Assembly: GCF_018350175.1 (NCBI RefSeq)
Contig: NC_058369.1
Span: 13,890,001-13,954,000, forward strand
Source of the DNA: Felis catus
Lineage: Eukaryota
Length of the DNA stretch: 64,000 nucleotides
Reading direction: 5' to 3'
This document shows positions 10,875 to 23,149 of this stretch, one piece after another. Under the pieces are notes generated by a model. It was not told the DNA's origin. It did no database searches and was given only the letters and a program-made list of their open reading frames with translations. How positions within the stretch are numbered: the stretch's first letter is position 1; every line of letters starts with the position of its first letter. Made by a program: the position numbers and the translations under genes.

Positions 10875-13279
10875 TTTGTCTCAATTTTAAACAGGGGAAA
10901 CCTGAAATACCATACAGAGTTTGTTAAAATAGGGGGAAAAAAATCAAGCAGGGCTTGGGCACCCAGAGTAGGGGAGGAAAAATGCTGGGAGCTGCCTTGG
11001 GCTTGAAGCCCACTACCTGAGCTGCCCTGAGTGCTGTGTGTTGTTTATTTCATCCTGGCCTTGCTCTGTCCCACAGGGACGCTGTAAACTTGGGAGAACT
11101 GAGGGATAAAGTGCTGCAGCGTCCCGCCCAAGGCCTTGAGGCTTATAAGAAGTAGGTGCAGAACTAAGGGTAACAACAAAGGTTAGTGACATTTATTCGA
11201 TGTTGACTGTCTAGTTTACAGAGAAGCAAAAGGAGGCATTGGGAGCATCAGCGGCTTGTTTCTGAGACCACTCAGTGGTGAAGGGCAGACGGGGTGGACG
11301 CTGGCCCCAGCCGGAGGCGGTAAGAAAACGAGGCTGGCTTCCAGGCTTCCTGTTCCTCCTCTGCAACACCTGGGGGTTACAAGGAGGCCTCAGAGCTCTG
11401 ACCTGGGGCCGCGAGTCCCACAGCTGGTCCGGAGCAGGGGAGCAGGTGGTGAGGCCCCCCGCCTCTGGGAGAGCAATGCCAGCTGTGGGCCAGATGGCGG
11501 CCAGGCCTGTGGACGCTGTCTGCCGTGTCCTGCCTCCAAGCTCCGCCAGACCACAGGTCAGCATTATTGGATGAGGGTGTGCGGTAACCTTCGTGGGCCC
11601 TCCAGTTCCCCCACCTGCCAGGTTTTCCACCTGCCTGTGTCCCCTCCCCGGGACAGCAGCCAATCAGACTCAGGTCAAGAACCCTGGGGGAGGTCCCTGG
11701 CCTCGCTCTGCCTCACTCTCACATTCTATCTGCTGTATCTTCTGTTGGCTTCACCTGCAAAGTACATCCCAGCTAGGACCATTTCCCACCTCTCCCTGGG
11801 ATGAGTCCCATCACTTGGACTAAATACTTGCCTCCTAAATAATGTCCCTAATTCAAGATATGGTCCACAAGGTTCTCTGTGACCTAAAGCACCACTCATT
11901 GCTTCCCACCCCGCCTTCTCCTCCCCTCTCCGTCCCCTTCAATTTTCCCTCGCCAGAAAACACTCCAAGCATGATCCTGCCTCGGGGCTGTTGCACTGGC
12001 TGTCCGGTGCCACACGATCTTGGAATGCCTGGTATGTCCATCGTACCATGCATGTAGTGTGCCAGGGGCCCAGTGAACCTCTTCTCGCTTATCTTCAGCT
12101 GTATGTCTGTATGTCTGACATGTGGGGCGGATCTTGGTGTTTATGAAGTGTGAGTGCATATGGATGCCATTGACTGCAGCCGTATGTGTGGCGGGCGTGC
12201 GAGCTGTAGGTCTCTGCTGAGCAGGGTTTGATGCCTGCATGTGGTTCATCTGGAACAAAGGCTCAAGTGGCAGGCCGACCGCGGGCGGGCAAGGGTGTGT
12301 GCGTGTGCAGAGCTTGCCAGAACTTGAGCTGGTCATGCGTGCACATATTTAACATTTACTGAGCGCTTATTGTGTGCTAGAGAAGTCAGCGGGACCTCTC
12401 AGCACCTGATATCTGTCAACTTGCACAATGTCAAGTCCTGAGCATTTAACACAAATGACTGAGTATCTACTGTGTACCCACCCGATCCTCTGCTGCAGGT
12501 GGATCAGAGTGTGGTTCTAACTGCAGGAGCCTGCTCAAGCAGGCCCCTTGCTTCCTCCTTGCCGTTTGCATGTGTACCCCCTTCTCCTCGCGCTGATCGC
12601 AGGGAAAGCTCTGAACTTCATTTGGACCCCTGGACCCTGCTGGGGGCTGCACGAGGGAGGGTTGGAGGGGCGGAGATTCTAGGCTTTCTAGGCTACACTT
12701 TGGGGGCTGTCCTTGAAGGCTCTGGAAGCTTTACAAAGGCTTTGCTGGCCCTGGGCTCCATGGAGTCTACAGTGGGAGTTGATGGAAGAAGGGAGGGGAG
12801 GAAAGGAAGGAAGGAGAACAAAGAGAAAAAGGAGGGACACAGATGCACAGCTTTAAGCCTTGGCTGAAGATTAGGTATTTGTGGGGGGGTTGGAATTTTG
12901 GGGTCCAAGGGCATTGGGTCTGGTGGAATGGACTTTGGGGGTATAAGTGTGCTTTTGAAGGGTCTGTGGGCAAGGATTTGGGGGAGTGGGAGTTAGGATT
13001 GGAGTAGAGGACAGGGGTTTTGGGGTGTCAAAACCAGAAATGTGGGTGAGGCAGGTTTGGGGATATGAGGGCCGGTGACTGGAGTCTGAAGGTGGATGTT
13101 CTTGGGTTTGAGGGTGGAGGCTCTGGGAGGGTCAGAGGAGAGTTAGGACCCAAAGCCTGGTTGGAAGTCTCAGGCCGGGGCAGGGGATGAATTCCCACGT
13201 TTGAGGGAGGTCTTGGGGAGTGAGTGACCCTGGAAAGGGAGGGGAAGTTCTCAGAGCTCTTGGACCAGTTTCTCCATGC

Positions 13280-13900
13280 TCCTCCCCATCTCGGCCCCGC
13301 CCCTCCCCCTTTTTGGAACAGACCCCGCCCCAGACCAGCCGAACTTCACCTTCGGGCCAGCATCTACTCTCCGAGCCCCCTCCCGGGTCCCACCCACCTC
13401 TCACTCTTCGCCTTTGTCCCGCCCCTTCCCAGCCTGGGCCCCGCCACCTAGACCACGCCCCACCCCTTCTCACAGACTCCGCCCCCCCACAGGCCCCGCC
13501 CCTCTACCCTGTGTTGAATTGGCCTATGCCTTCACCGCCCCAGCCCTTCTGCAGACCCCACCTCTCTCCGCCCAGGACCCACCCCCTCATTAGACTGGGC
13601 CCCACCCCTCGCCCAGGGCCGCGCTCCTCGCAGAGCAGGCCCGGTGCCGCCCGCCCCCGTCCCCCCACCCCCGCGTTTCTGTCTCCCGGGCCGGCGCGCG
13701 CGGCTCCCGTCACTTGAACGCGCGGCGGCGGCGGCGGGAAGATGGCGGAGTCCGGTGGCGGTGGTGGCGCTGGTGGCGGCGGCTTCGGAGCGGGCCCGGG
13801 CCCCGAGCGCCCCAGCAGGTGAGACCCGCCCGCAAGGTGGGCCGGTACCTGCCCCGGGGCCAGGGTAACGTGTGGGGAGTCCGGGGGATCCTGAGGGGCT
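13280..13900 (+). promoter_or_regulatory. KLHL26: KLHL26 CpG-island promoter and first exon region
   Basis: CpG-dense with multiple GC boxes (CCCCGCCC) and no obvious TATA box. A CGG run precedes the ATG, and a YY1-type AAGATGGCGG overlaps the start codon. Confidence 0.85.
13742..13818 (+). CDS. KLHL26: KLHL26 coding exon 1
   Basis: aagATGG Kozak. Encodes MAESGGGGGAGGGGFGAGPGPERPS, then AG|GTGAGA donor. Phase 2 matches exon 2. Confidence 0.9.
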
Positions 13901-15254
13901 GAGGAGCCTCCTGGGCTGGTTCGAGGGTCTTTGCGGGGGACTACGGGCTTTAGGGGGTCATGGGGTACTGAGGGGGACCGAGGGCTGCTGAGGGGCAGGT
14001 GAGGGCAGGCTGGGGGCCGCAGGACCTCGATGCATCTGCATGTGGCCCTAGGGGTCTGCGGGGGCATTGAGGGGCATGGGAGTCTGAAGGAGAATTCATG
14101 GACTCCAGGCTGTGATGGGGTCATGGGGGAACTGGGCATGCCAAGGGGTCTGGCAGGCAGAGAGGGCCTCAGCAGAGGACCATGGGCAGTCTTGAGCTTG
14201 TTGAGGCAGTCTTGGGGACCCTAAGGAGTGGAGCTTGAGGGACAGAGGTCCAAGGCTTACTGGAGGGTGTTGTAGGACCCTGAGGTGTCTAAATGTGGTC
14301 CTGGGGGCATACTGTGGGGTCCTGGCAGGGATGAGGACTGTGGAAGGCTGGAGGTGGTGGCTCAAATGAACCTGAGGGCCCGAAAGAGGCCTAAAGGGCT
14401 TGGAACCTGAGAGGGGAGGCTGAGGTTGCCTCCCCAGGTCCCAATGAGTTCTGATGGGCAGGGAGGGGTCTGGAGTTCCCCGGGGTCCTAAGGGCCTGGG
14501 GTGCGTCTTGGGGAGCTTTTGGTCTAAAGAAAACACAAGGAGCATGCATCTTGGGTGCTCCTTCCTCCCATCCCTGCGGGGTTCAAATCCTCCCGCAGGC
14601 GAAAGGACTTGAAGCAAGGTCTTCCCCACAGACCAAGGGGGCAGAATTCACCCTCTTTGGTCACAAGGAGGCCCCCCCTTTCCTTTGGCCGAGTCCCGAG
14701 ACTGGTTGCCTGAATCCCAGAACTGGTGTAAAAATGGAAGGTGTTTGTATGCATTGTTTTGGATTCTCAGAGGAGGAAAACACGTGCTTTAAGTAGCACA
14801 ACCTCCCTCTTCCCATTGCACAAGGCCAGTGTGGCCCGGATCCTCCCATCCTGGCCCCCTAGGAAACCCTACCACCCTTGGCTGGCCGAGGAGGAAATCT
14901 GGGCTTTCTTGATGGTGAGCTTATGGAAGCGAATAATTTCAGTGTGATAAGTGCTGAAGTTGTTCATTACTTGTGAGCTGTGGAGGCAGTCCTCATTGGG
15001 GAGACTTGGGCTGGTGCTGACCCGAAAGACTTGATGGGTCGGCGCATGAATTGGGCTTTAGAAGCCTGCAGTGGGGAGCGAGGAGAGCTCACAAGATTTG
15101 TAAGACACTCAGGGGGTAGAGTTGGCAGGGCTTGTTGACCAGGCATGAGGTGACATGTAAGAAACACATGAAAAGGGGCAGCTAATTCTGGGCCCCTGCC
15201 TTGGGCCCAGGGAGGGGATAACCTGGGGGGCAAGAGCAACGTATAACTAATTGC

Positions 15255-16290
15255 ATACCACATAATTCACTCATTTTAGCTGAGCAGTTGATTGAGTTTT
15301 AATAAGTTCACAGAGTTGTGCATGCTTTGATACAATCCGGTTTTTAGAAGGCCTCCATCACCCCCAGGAATTCCCTCAAGCTTGTTGTGGTCAACCAAAC
15401 GGCCAACCCCCTGCCCCAAACACACCCTGATTTGCTTTTGCTCTCTGGTTTTGCCCTTTCAGAAATTTTCTATGAATGGAATTCTACAATATGTGGCTTC
15501 TTACGTCTGGCTCCTTTTCCTTAACTGAATGTTTTTGGAAGTTCATCTGTGTTGTCACAGGTATCAGCAAGTTGTTCTTTTTCATTGCTGCAGCGTATTC
15601 CATTATATGGATGAACAGATTTGCTTACTCATTTACTGGTTAATGGACGTTTGGGTTTCCGTTTTGACAATTACAAATAAAGTCCCTGTGAACCTCCAGG
15701 AATGCGTCTTTGCGGGGGCGTAGACTTTCCTCCCCCGGGGTAAATACCTAGGAGTGGAATGACTGCATCCAATGGTAGGTGTAGGTTTACACTTGATGTG
15801 GCCTGTCTTTAATTTTAGCCACTTTCAGTATATGCTGGTATCTTATTTTGTTTTCATTTGTTTATTTTTAAGTGTTTTATTATTTTTAAGAGAGAGTGTG
15901 CGTGCTCGAGAGCGGGGGAGGGGCAGAGACAGAGGGAGACAGAATCCCAAGCAGGCTCTGTGCTGACAGCGGAGAGCCTGATGTGGGGCTCAGACTCACA
16001 CACTGTGAGATCATGACCTGAGCCGCAGTCAGATGCTTAGCCAACTGAGCCACCCAGGCACCCCCTGATTTTGGTTTTAATTTACATCTCCCTAATAAAT
16101 AATCATGTTGGAACCTTTTTCATGGTATCATTGGCTATTCGTATCTTTGGTAAGATGTCTTTTCAGATGTTTTTGCCCGTTTTCTATTTGGGTTGTCTTC
16201 TTATTGTTGATTTTTAAGAATTCTTTATGTATTCTGGATACAAGTCCTTTATTAGATATATGATTTGCAAACATTTTCTCCCTCTCTGTG
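15255..16290 (-). mobile_element. Old L1 3' fragment (antisense) interrupted by SINEs
   Basis: tattccattatatggatg, gggtaaatacctaggagtggaat, ttctttatgtattctggatacaagtcctttattagatatatgatttgcaaacattttctccc are typical antisense L1 sequence. Confidence 0.8.
15845..16064 (-). mobile_element. Can-SINE
   Basis: Reverse-complement head and tail. Confidence 0.88.
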
Positions 16291-16297
16291 ATTCATC

Positions 16298-16382
16298 CTT
16301 TCCTTCCCTTTCCTTTCCTTTCCTTTCCTTTCCTTTCCTTTCCTTTCCTTTCCTTTCCTTTCCTTTCCTTTCCTTTCCTTCC
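16298..16382. repeat. (TTTCC)n pentanucleotide microsatellite
   Basis: Visible directly. It accounts for the KERKG/FPFLS repetitive ORFs. Confidence 0.97.
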
Positions 16383-16389
16383 TCTCTCC

Positions 16390-17185
16390 CTTTTTTAAAG
16401 TTTTTATCTATTGATTTTGAGAGAGAGAATGTGTACGCATGCACAAGTAGGGGAAGGGCAGAGAGAATGAGAGAGAATCCCAAGCAGGCTCCATGCTGTC
16501 AGTGCAGGGCCCAATTTGGGGCTCGATCCCATGAACTGTGAGATCATGACCTGAGCTGAAACCAAGAGTTGGACACTTAGCTGACTGAGCCACCCAGGAC
16601 CCCCGCTTTCTTTCTTTTTAATGATACCTTTCACAGGGCAAAATTTTGTCATTTAAAGAAAATGTTTATTTTTTGAGAGAGAGAGAGAGAGAGCGTGTAT
16701 GTGCGCATGCCCGTGTGAGCATGGGAGGGGCAGAGAGGGAGGGAGACAGAGAATCCCAAACAGGCTCTGTCTCACGAACTGTGAAATCATGACCTGAGCT
16801 GAAGTCAAGAGTTGGATGCTTAACTGACTGAGCCACCCAAGCACCCTGGAAATTTTGCCATTTTGATGAAGTCTGGTTTATCAGTTTTCTTCTCTTATAG
16901 ATCACACTTTTAGTGTTATATCTAAGAAATCTTTAAAAAAAATTTTTTTAACGTTTATTCATTTTTGAGAGACAGAGACAGAGCATGAGTGGGGAAGGGG
17001 CAGAGAGAGAGGGAGACACAGAATCTGAAGCAGGCTCCAGGCTCTGAGCCGTCAGCACAGTGCCCGACGTGGGGCTCGAACCCACGAACTGCAAGATCAT
17101 GCTCTGAGCTGAAGTCGAACACTCAACCGACTGAGCCACCCGGGCGCCCAGAAATCTTTCTTTTTTAAGTTTACTTATTTATTTT

Positions 17186-17218
<33 letters not shown>

Positions 17219-17384
17219 CAAGCAGGGGAGGGGCAGAGAGAGAGAGAGAGACAGAGAGAGAGAATCCTGAACAGGCTTTGCACTGTCAGTGCAGAACCTG
17301 ATGTGGGGCTTAAACCCACAAACGGTGAGATCATGACCTGAGCCCAAGTCGAACGCTTAACCTACTGAACCACACAGGCGCCCC
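16390..17384 (-). mobile_element. Cluster of four antisense Can-SINEs (~16390-16604, 16655-16846, 16935-17149, 17160-17384)
   Basis: Four reverse-complement heads, each with (GA)n and a T-rich tail. Confidence 0.88.
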
Positions 17385-17829
17385 TAAGAAATCTTTTCTA
17401 AATGGAGGCACTTTTTAAAAAGACATCCCCCCCACCTCTGAGATGCCCATTTGCCCCCTTCCATCCATCCCAGTGAAAAATTACCATTGTCTAGAGTAAC
17501 TGATAGGGAAGGTGCTCTTATCCCTGTGGTGCTGGTATGGGGAGAAGGGGCCAGAATCCCTAATATGGTGAGATGGAACGTGTAGAAAGAGGATCAGGTT
17601 TTGAGGGAGATTGTGGCCAAGGCTCCCTTGAGGTTAGAGGCCTTTGTAGCATTGTTCATTTATTCATTCCTTCATTTATTCCAAATGGGCCGGTGAGGAC
17701 CAGTGTATGACATGCCCATGCCTCATCTTCTCCATACTTCCACACTCCAAGGTCATGGCCTCTCAGAGCCATCTGTCTGACCACCTGAGCTCAGTTAGCC
17801 CCAAGAACACTTTTTCTGGCCACTTTGTA

Positions 17830-18360
17830 TTACGTGGTAAAGTCTAAATAGCATAAAACTCACTCCCTTAAAGCGAACAATTCAATGGCATTTAGTACCT
17901 TCGCGATGTTGAGGAACTATCACATCCGCCTAGTTCCAGAACATTTCCATCACTTCAAAAGAAACTTCTGTACCTATTGACAGTCACCCCCCGTTTCCCC
18001 CACCCCAGCCCCCCACAACTATTCATCCAATTTCTGTCTCTATAAATTTCCCTGTTTTGTAAACGGAGTCCTACAACATGTGACCTTTTGTGTCTAGCTT
18101 CTTTCACTTTGCACGTTTTCCAGGTTCATCTACGTTGGAGTGTGTGTGAGCATTCCATTCCTTTTTATGACTGTATAATATTTCACCATGTGGAAATAGC
18201 CCATTTTGTTTATCCATTCACCAATGGATAGACATTTAGGTTGGTTCCACCTTTTGGCTACTTTGGATACTGCCGCTGTGGACATGCACGTTCAAGTTTT
18301 TGTCGGAACACTTGTGTTCAGTTCTTTGGGGCATATACCAGGAGTGAAGCCGCTGGGTCT
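17830..18360 (-). mobile_element. Old L1 3' fragment (antisense)
   Basis: acaattcaatggcatttagtac, ttccagaacatttccatcac, ttttgtttatccattcaccaatggatagacatttaggttggttccac. Confidence 0.8.
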
Positions 18361-20152
18361 CATGGCTGTGGTGTGTCCTCGATCACGCTGTCACCACCTG
18401 CCACTACTTGGTATGTTTGTTAGTGGGCACGCCTTGAGGCTGGAGCGCATGTCTGCCTTATGCTGTCTTGTATCCCTGGAGCAAGGCTGCACAGAGGAAG
18501 TAAGTGTTCGAGAAATATGGCCGGGAGCGGGGAGGGAGAGAGGAAGGGATGGGTTGGAAAGGGGTGTGGCAAAGCTCTCTAGAGCTTGCAGTCTGGCGGG
18601 AAGGAAGTCCCCTCTGCGGGATTGGGTCAGTCCTTCGCCTTTTCAGGGAGACTCGCGGGGTTGCTGAGGCTGGGGGAGGCTGGCCTTGTCTGTGAGGTGG
18701 TTTTCCAGTCTGCCAGGAGGCGCCTGCATCTGCCTTTTTGTCCCATGAAGGGTTTTGTCATTTGGCCAGGGGTGGGGGTGGTTCCTGTCTTCCCCTTGGC
18801 CTTTCCAACGGTCCCACAACTCAAGAAACTGTCCTCAGGAGGGACTAAGCTCCCCCACCCCCCACCGCCCCCAGCATTATATAACTTGTTTGTTCCAACT
18901 TCACTTTTCTGCAACCAAGGGGGAAAAAAAGAAAGAGAAAAGCTTATTCTCCTTCCTTCCCATCTCGAGGGATCAACAAAAAACTCGTTGCCTAGTAGAG
19001 ATGGTCGTTAATAACCAAGCTGAACCTCCGGGATGGATGGAGCGTGGCTGTCTCAGCCGAGGGCTTGCAGACGGGAGGTGGGGTCCTAGCTGCAGACTCA
19101 CTCGCACAAAAGACACTTGTTCTCTAGTGGGCCCCCTCCCAGCTCCACCTCAGGCCTTCCACGAAGGTCTGGGTTTCGGGAGGGAGAGGAGGTTTGTGGC
19201 CACTCGGGGTGTTGTGAGGGGGTGGAGGAATTCTCCTGGGAGCTGCACTTCCCCGGCTGAAATTCCATGACTGTGAGGTACCGGGCCGGTCGACTTCTGG
19301 AGGGACCTTCTTGCTACGGAGGCTCTTCAGATGTTGGGTCATTGGCATCCTCAGTCCTCGGCCCATCTTCCCTAACAGCGTCTGGATGGGGCCCCGTCTC
19401 GCTGACTCACGCTGCTCCCGGGGGCTGAGTCGAGGGTATCCGGTAAGGGACGTGCCGGCCACAGGTGTTTTCATGGGAAGTTATGGCCCAGACACAGCGT
19501 GAGCGGGTTTGGCAGTTCAGCGAGGCATCTGCTTCTGGCTTGGTGACCTTTGCTTGTTTAAACGTTCTTACCAAGCCCTCTCTGCCTGTGCCCTAGATTG
19601 TCCCCCCTCAGCCCCGAGGCCCTAGAAGAGTCCAGCCCCCCAACCGTTGTGTGAAAGACTGGGGGACCTTTTGGCCTTTTGAGAAGGTTCTTGTTCCTTT
19701 GGCTTTGTCCTCTTTTCAGCCAGGAGGGAGAGAGGGAGTGTTGACTCTTCAGAGATGGGGCCTCAGCTCCTCCTCTTGAGAATTCTGGGAGATCTGGTGG
19801 TATCGGGGGCCTCATCGGAGCCACCTGTGTCTGTGGTCCCTCCTTCTGCCAAGCAGGGCGGCCCCAGGTACTCACCGTGCACCTTGGGCGTGTCTGCAAC
19901 CCTTCCTGCCTTAAATCGCTCATCTGGGAAGGCCGACTGGGAAGGGCACCTGGGACGAGGTGACCTATGTGAGGGTGCACCTGGATGTGGCGTGTGCATC
20001 GAAATGTTAATGTCGAGATGGCGATGTCACCCTGCAGTCCTGATGCTGCCAACATTCTGGCCGCTGCAGCCGCCGGGGGCACGAGGGGATTGTGGGGTTT
20101 GGGCAAGTCTCGCCTACGCGTCAGCGTGGCAGGTGGGAAAAGAGAAAGCTGG

Positions 20153-20645
20153 TGTGTTAGTCCATTCTGGTTGCTGAATGTCATAGACTGGGTGGCTTAC
20201 AAATAATGCACACATTTCTGAAAGTTCTGGAGGCTAGGAATTCCTAGATCAAGGCACCGGCAGGTTTGGTGTCTGGTGAAACCACTTCCTGGCTCACAGA
20301 TGGCTGTTTTCTTACTGTGTCCTCTCATGATGGAAGAAGCAAGGGGGCTCTTTGGGACCCCTTTTTCTTTTTCTTTTTTTTTTTAGGATTTTTATTACTT
20401 TTAAGTAATCTCTACACCCGACGTGGGGCTCGAACTTACAACCCCGAGATCAAGAGCCGCATGCTCTACCGACGGAGCCATCCAGGCACCCTTGGGTTCC
20501 CTTTTATAAGGGCACTGATCCCATTCGTGGCCCCACCCTCATGACCCAGTCACCTCCCAAAGCACCCCCCTCGGCCATCTGAATACCATCACATCACGGG
20601 TTAGACTTTTAACATGTGAACTTTAGGGGGACACAAACGTGCAGT
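20153..20645 (-). mobile_element. MLT1A-like LTR with an inserted short tRNA-derived SINE (~20360-20491)
   Basis: tgtgttagtcc...gactgggtggcttac...gttctggaggctagg...gatcaaggcaccggcagg...ttttataagggcactgatccc...aataccatcacat. Confidence 0.78.
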
Positions 20646-22710
20646 TGTCCTGAGCAGTTGGGAGGATGGTGGCACTCTTACTTGGTGGCCGTGGGAGGGT
20701 CGGTGGCAGGGGCAGTAGGAGAATGGAACACATCAAGTCCAAGCTGCTTCTGCAACATGGAGAGGGCAGGCGCTTCCAGGCGAGCCTCGCACCCGGCAAC
20801 AGAGGGCAGAGCACAGCTCTGTGGGTCTCTACAGAGTATTGGGGCGGGGGCAGTGGAGTCTGAGGCAAGCTGGAGGGAGCGCTGGGCTGGAGGTGCTAGA
20901 GGGCCGGGGCCGAGAAGCTCAGCTCCTCCTCAGGCAGAGAGGTGCCCCCTTCCTCACCGCCCCCTTCCTCACCGCCTCGCCAGCAGGGTCCCGCAAGCTC
21001 ACGATGTGAAATTGCTCTGAAAACCACGCGCTTCACCCCGAATTGTGGAGCATTTGTCTCACAGCTGGACGGCTTCCACCTGGTAGCTGCGACCCCCCTG
21101 GGGGACGGCCTTCTTGTCGTCGGCCATAGGGGTAGAAAGGTTTTATTAGCCTCTGCTATCATAGTGCCATCTCCAGGGAGCCCATGCGGTATGTCATCCC
21201 ACTTTTCTCAACGCCGATTATTTTTTATTGCCGATCCACACGGGAGAGCTTAGCGAGACCAGGTCGGAGGTTTGCGCTCGTATCGCCCACCCCAGACGCT
21301 TTAAAAGCGGGGCTTTCTCTGCATTGCTACCCTTTGGCCTTAGGGCGTGTTACAGACTTGGGGTTGAAGGCCCTGGAGAAGGGGAGGGGAGGAAGGCCCA
21401 GATAGAAACAATTCCTCCACATAGGAGGCTTCTGGCATCCCTGGCTCTGGCTCCTTTCTCTTGCGGACGGGACTCGGTTGACGCCTCTCTCTTCCTCTGG
21501 TGATTGTCGTATGGTTCCTGCGTGCCTGCTGCTGTGCCTGACGCTAGCCCTGGGCCCCCGGGACAGACAGGCTTTGCCCACGTGGGACATGTCAGCAGGG
21601 TCAGCAGGACAGTTGTGTAGTCATTTCTTTGCACTTGCCATAAATGATCCTGAGGTTCCTGCCTTTTCTGGAAGGTTCTGAGAGCCTCATGGGTGTGGCT
21701 GAGCTGAGTCTGACGGTTAGTGTCATCGGCTCAGAGGAAGGGGGTCGTGGGAGATAGACTATTTTCTGGGTGTGGGCAAGTGGCACGTGAAGGTTCTGAA
21801 GGAGGAGCAGCCTGGCTTTTCAGGAGTCATGAGGGCAGAGAGGAGCTGGAGAGGGTGGGAAGGAGGAGGCCAGGAGACTCAGGGGGTGCAAAATTTGAGT
21901 CAGGGGAGCCTGGGTCAGATCTATGTTTTAGAAGGATCCCTCTTTCGAGAGACAAGGGGGCCTGGACCTAGCTAGGAGCCGTGGAGATGGTGAGGTGGGC
22001 ATGAGTTTGGGGAAGATTCGAGATTGAACTTGTGCCGTGTGCTGATGGACGGTGGAGGCCAGGCACGGAGTCACTGGCTCTCAGGTTCCCTCCAGAGACC
22101 GGGGAGTGAGTACTGGTTATCGACAGGTGGGCAGGTGAGCTGGCAGGAGGTAGGATGAGGCCCCACTTGCCTGAGGATGTGCTGCCTGTGAGCATCCAGT
22201 GGAGATGGGGGGCAGAGGTGGACAGCAGCCCGGGGGGCTTGAGGGCTTGTCTCTGTTCTGGAAAGCCCTTGTGCCCTTGTGCCTCTCCTTGCTCAAGGGC
22301 CCCAGGTCTTCCAGCGAGCAGTTGCTGGTCTCAGGAATGTCCCTTCTGAGAAGAGGCTTTGGCCTAGTCTTAGCCACCCAGGGAGGTCTCTCCAGTTTGG
22401 ATTCTGCACCCCTGCTGGAAGCTTCGCTTTGAGAGCACTCACCCCGCACACGTTCATTTGCCGTCTCCTCCCCTCGTCTCTTGGCCCACCATGTTGGTTC
22501 CACCTTTGAGCCACATCCCTGTCTGGCCCCTTCTTCCATCTCTTCCTCATCCCTGCTCTGAGCTGCCATCGTCGGCTCTTGCCCTCCCAGCGGCTGCTGC
22601 CCTGCACTCCAGGGGGTCCTTCCCAAGACAGGCATCAGACCATGTGGCTCTGCCTGCCTCCTGCCTGGGGGCTTCCTCACTTTCAGAACAAACTTTACTT
22701 CTCCATGGGA

Positions 22711-22743
22711 CCCCCACCCCCACCCCCACCCCCACCCCCACCC
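22711..22743. repeat. (CCCCCA)5 hexamer repeat; G-quadruplex-capable on the minus strand
   Basis: Visible directly: five G5 runs on the minus strand. Confidence 0.9.
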
Positions 22744-23149
22744 TACAGTGAGGCCCTGCCCACCCGCTGTGTCCTTGTGCTTCTGCACCCCTGCTAGTTT
22801 CCAACAGCACTCTGCCGCCACCCCTCCTGGGCCTTCCACCTGGCTCTTCTTGGCTGGAGTGTCCCCGTCCCTGTGCTTTGCACAGCCCCCGGGTGGCCTT
22901 CTTGGGGCCTGGTGGCTCTGTCCACTTGCCTTTCTGCATCCTCCGCCCTGTGATCACAGTACATTCTGTGTGCTTAAAGACCCGTGTCCCCTAGAATGTA
23001 TGCTTCCTAGGGGCAGAGCCTCCCTGTGGGGGCTCCGATTGGCTCCAGCAAATACCCCACACGTAGCCTGGGATAGGTTTTCGAGGGGACCTGGCCTGAC
23101 CTAGAGGCTTCTGGAACAGCCTTCCGCACTCCGCTGGGTGAGGCTCCTC

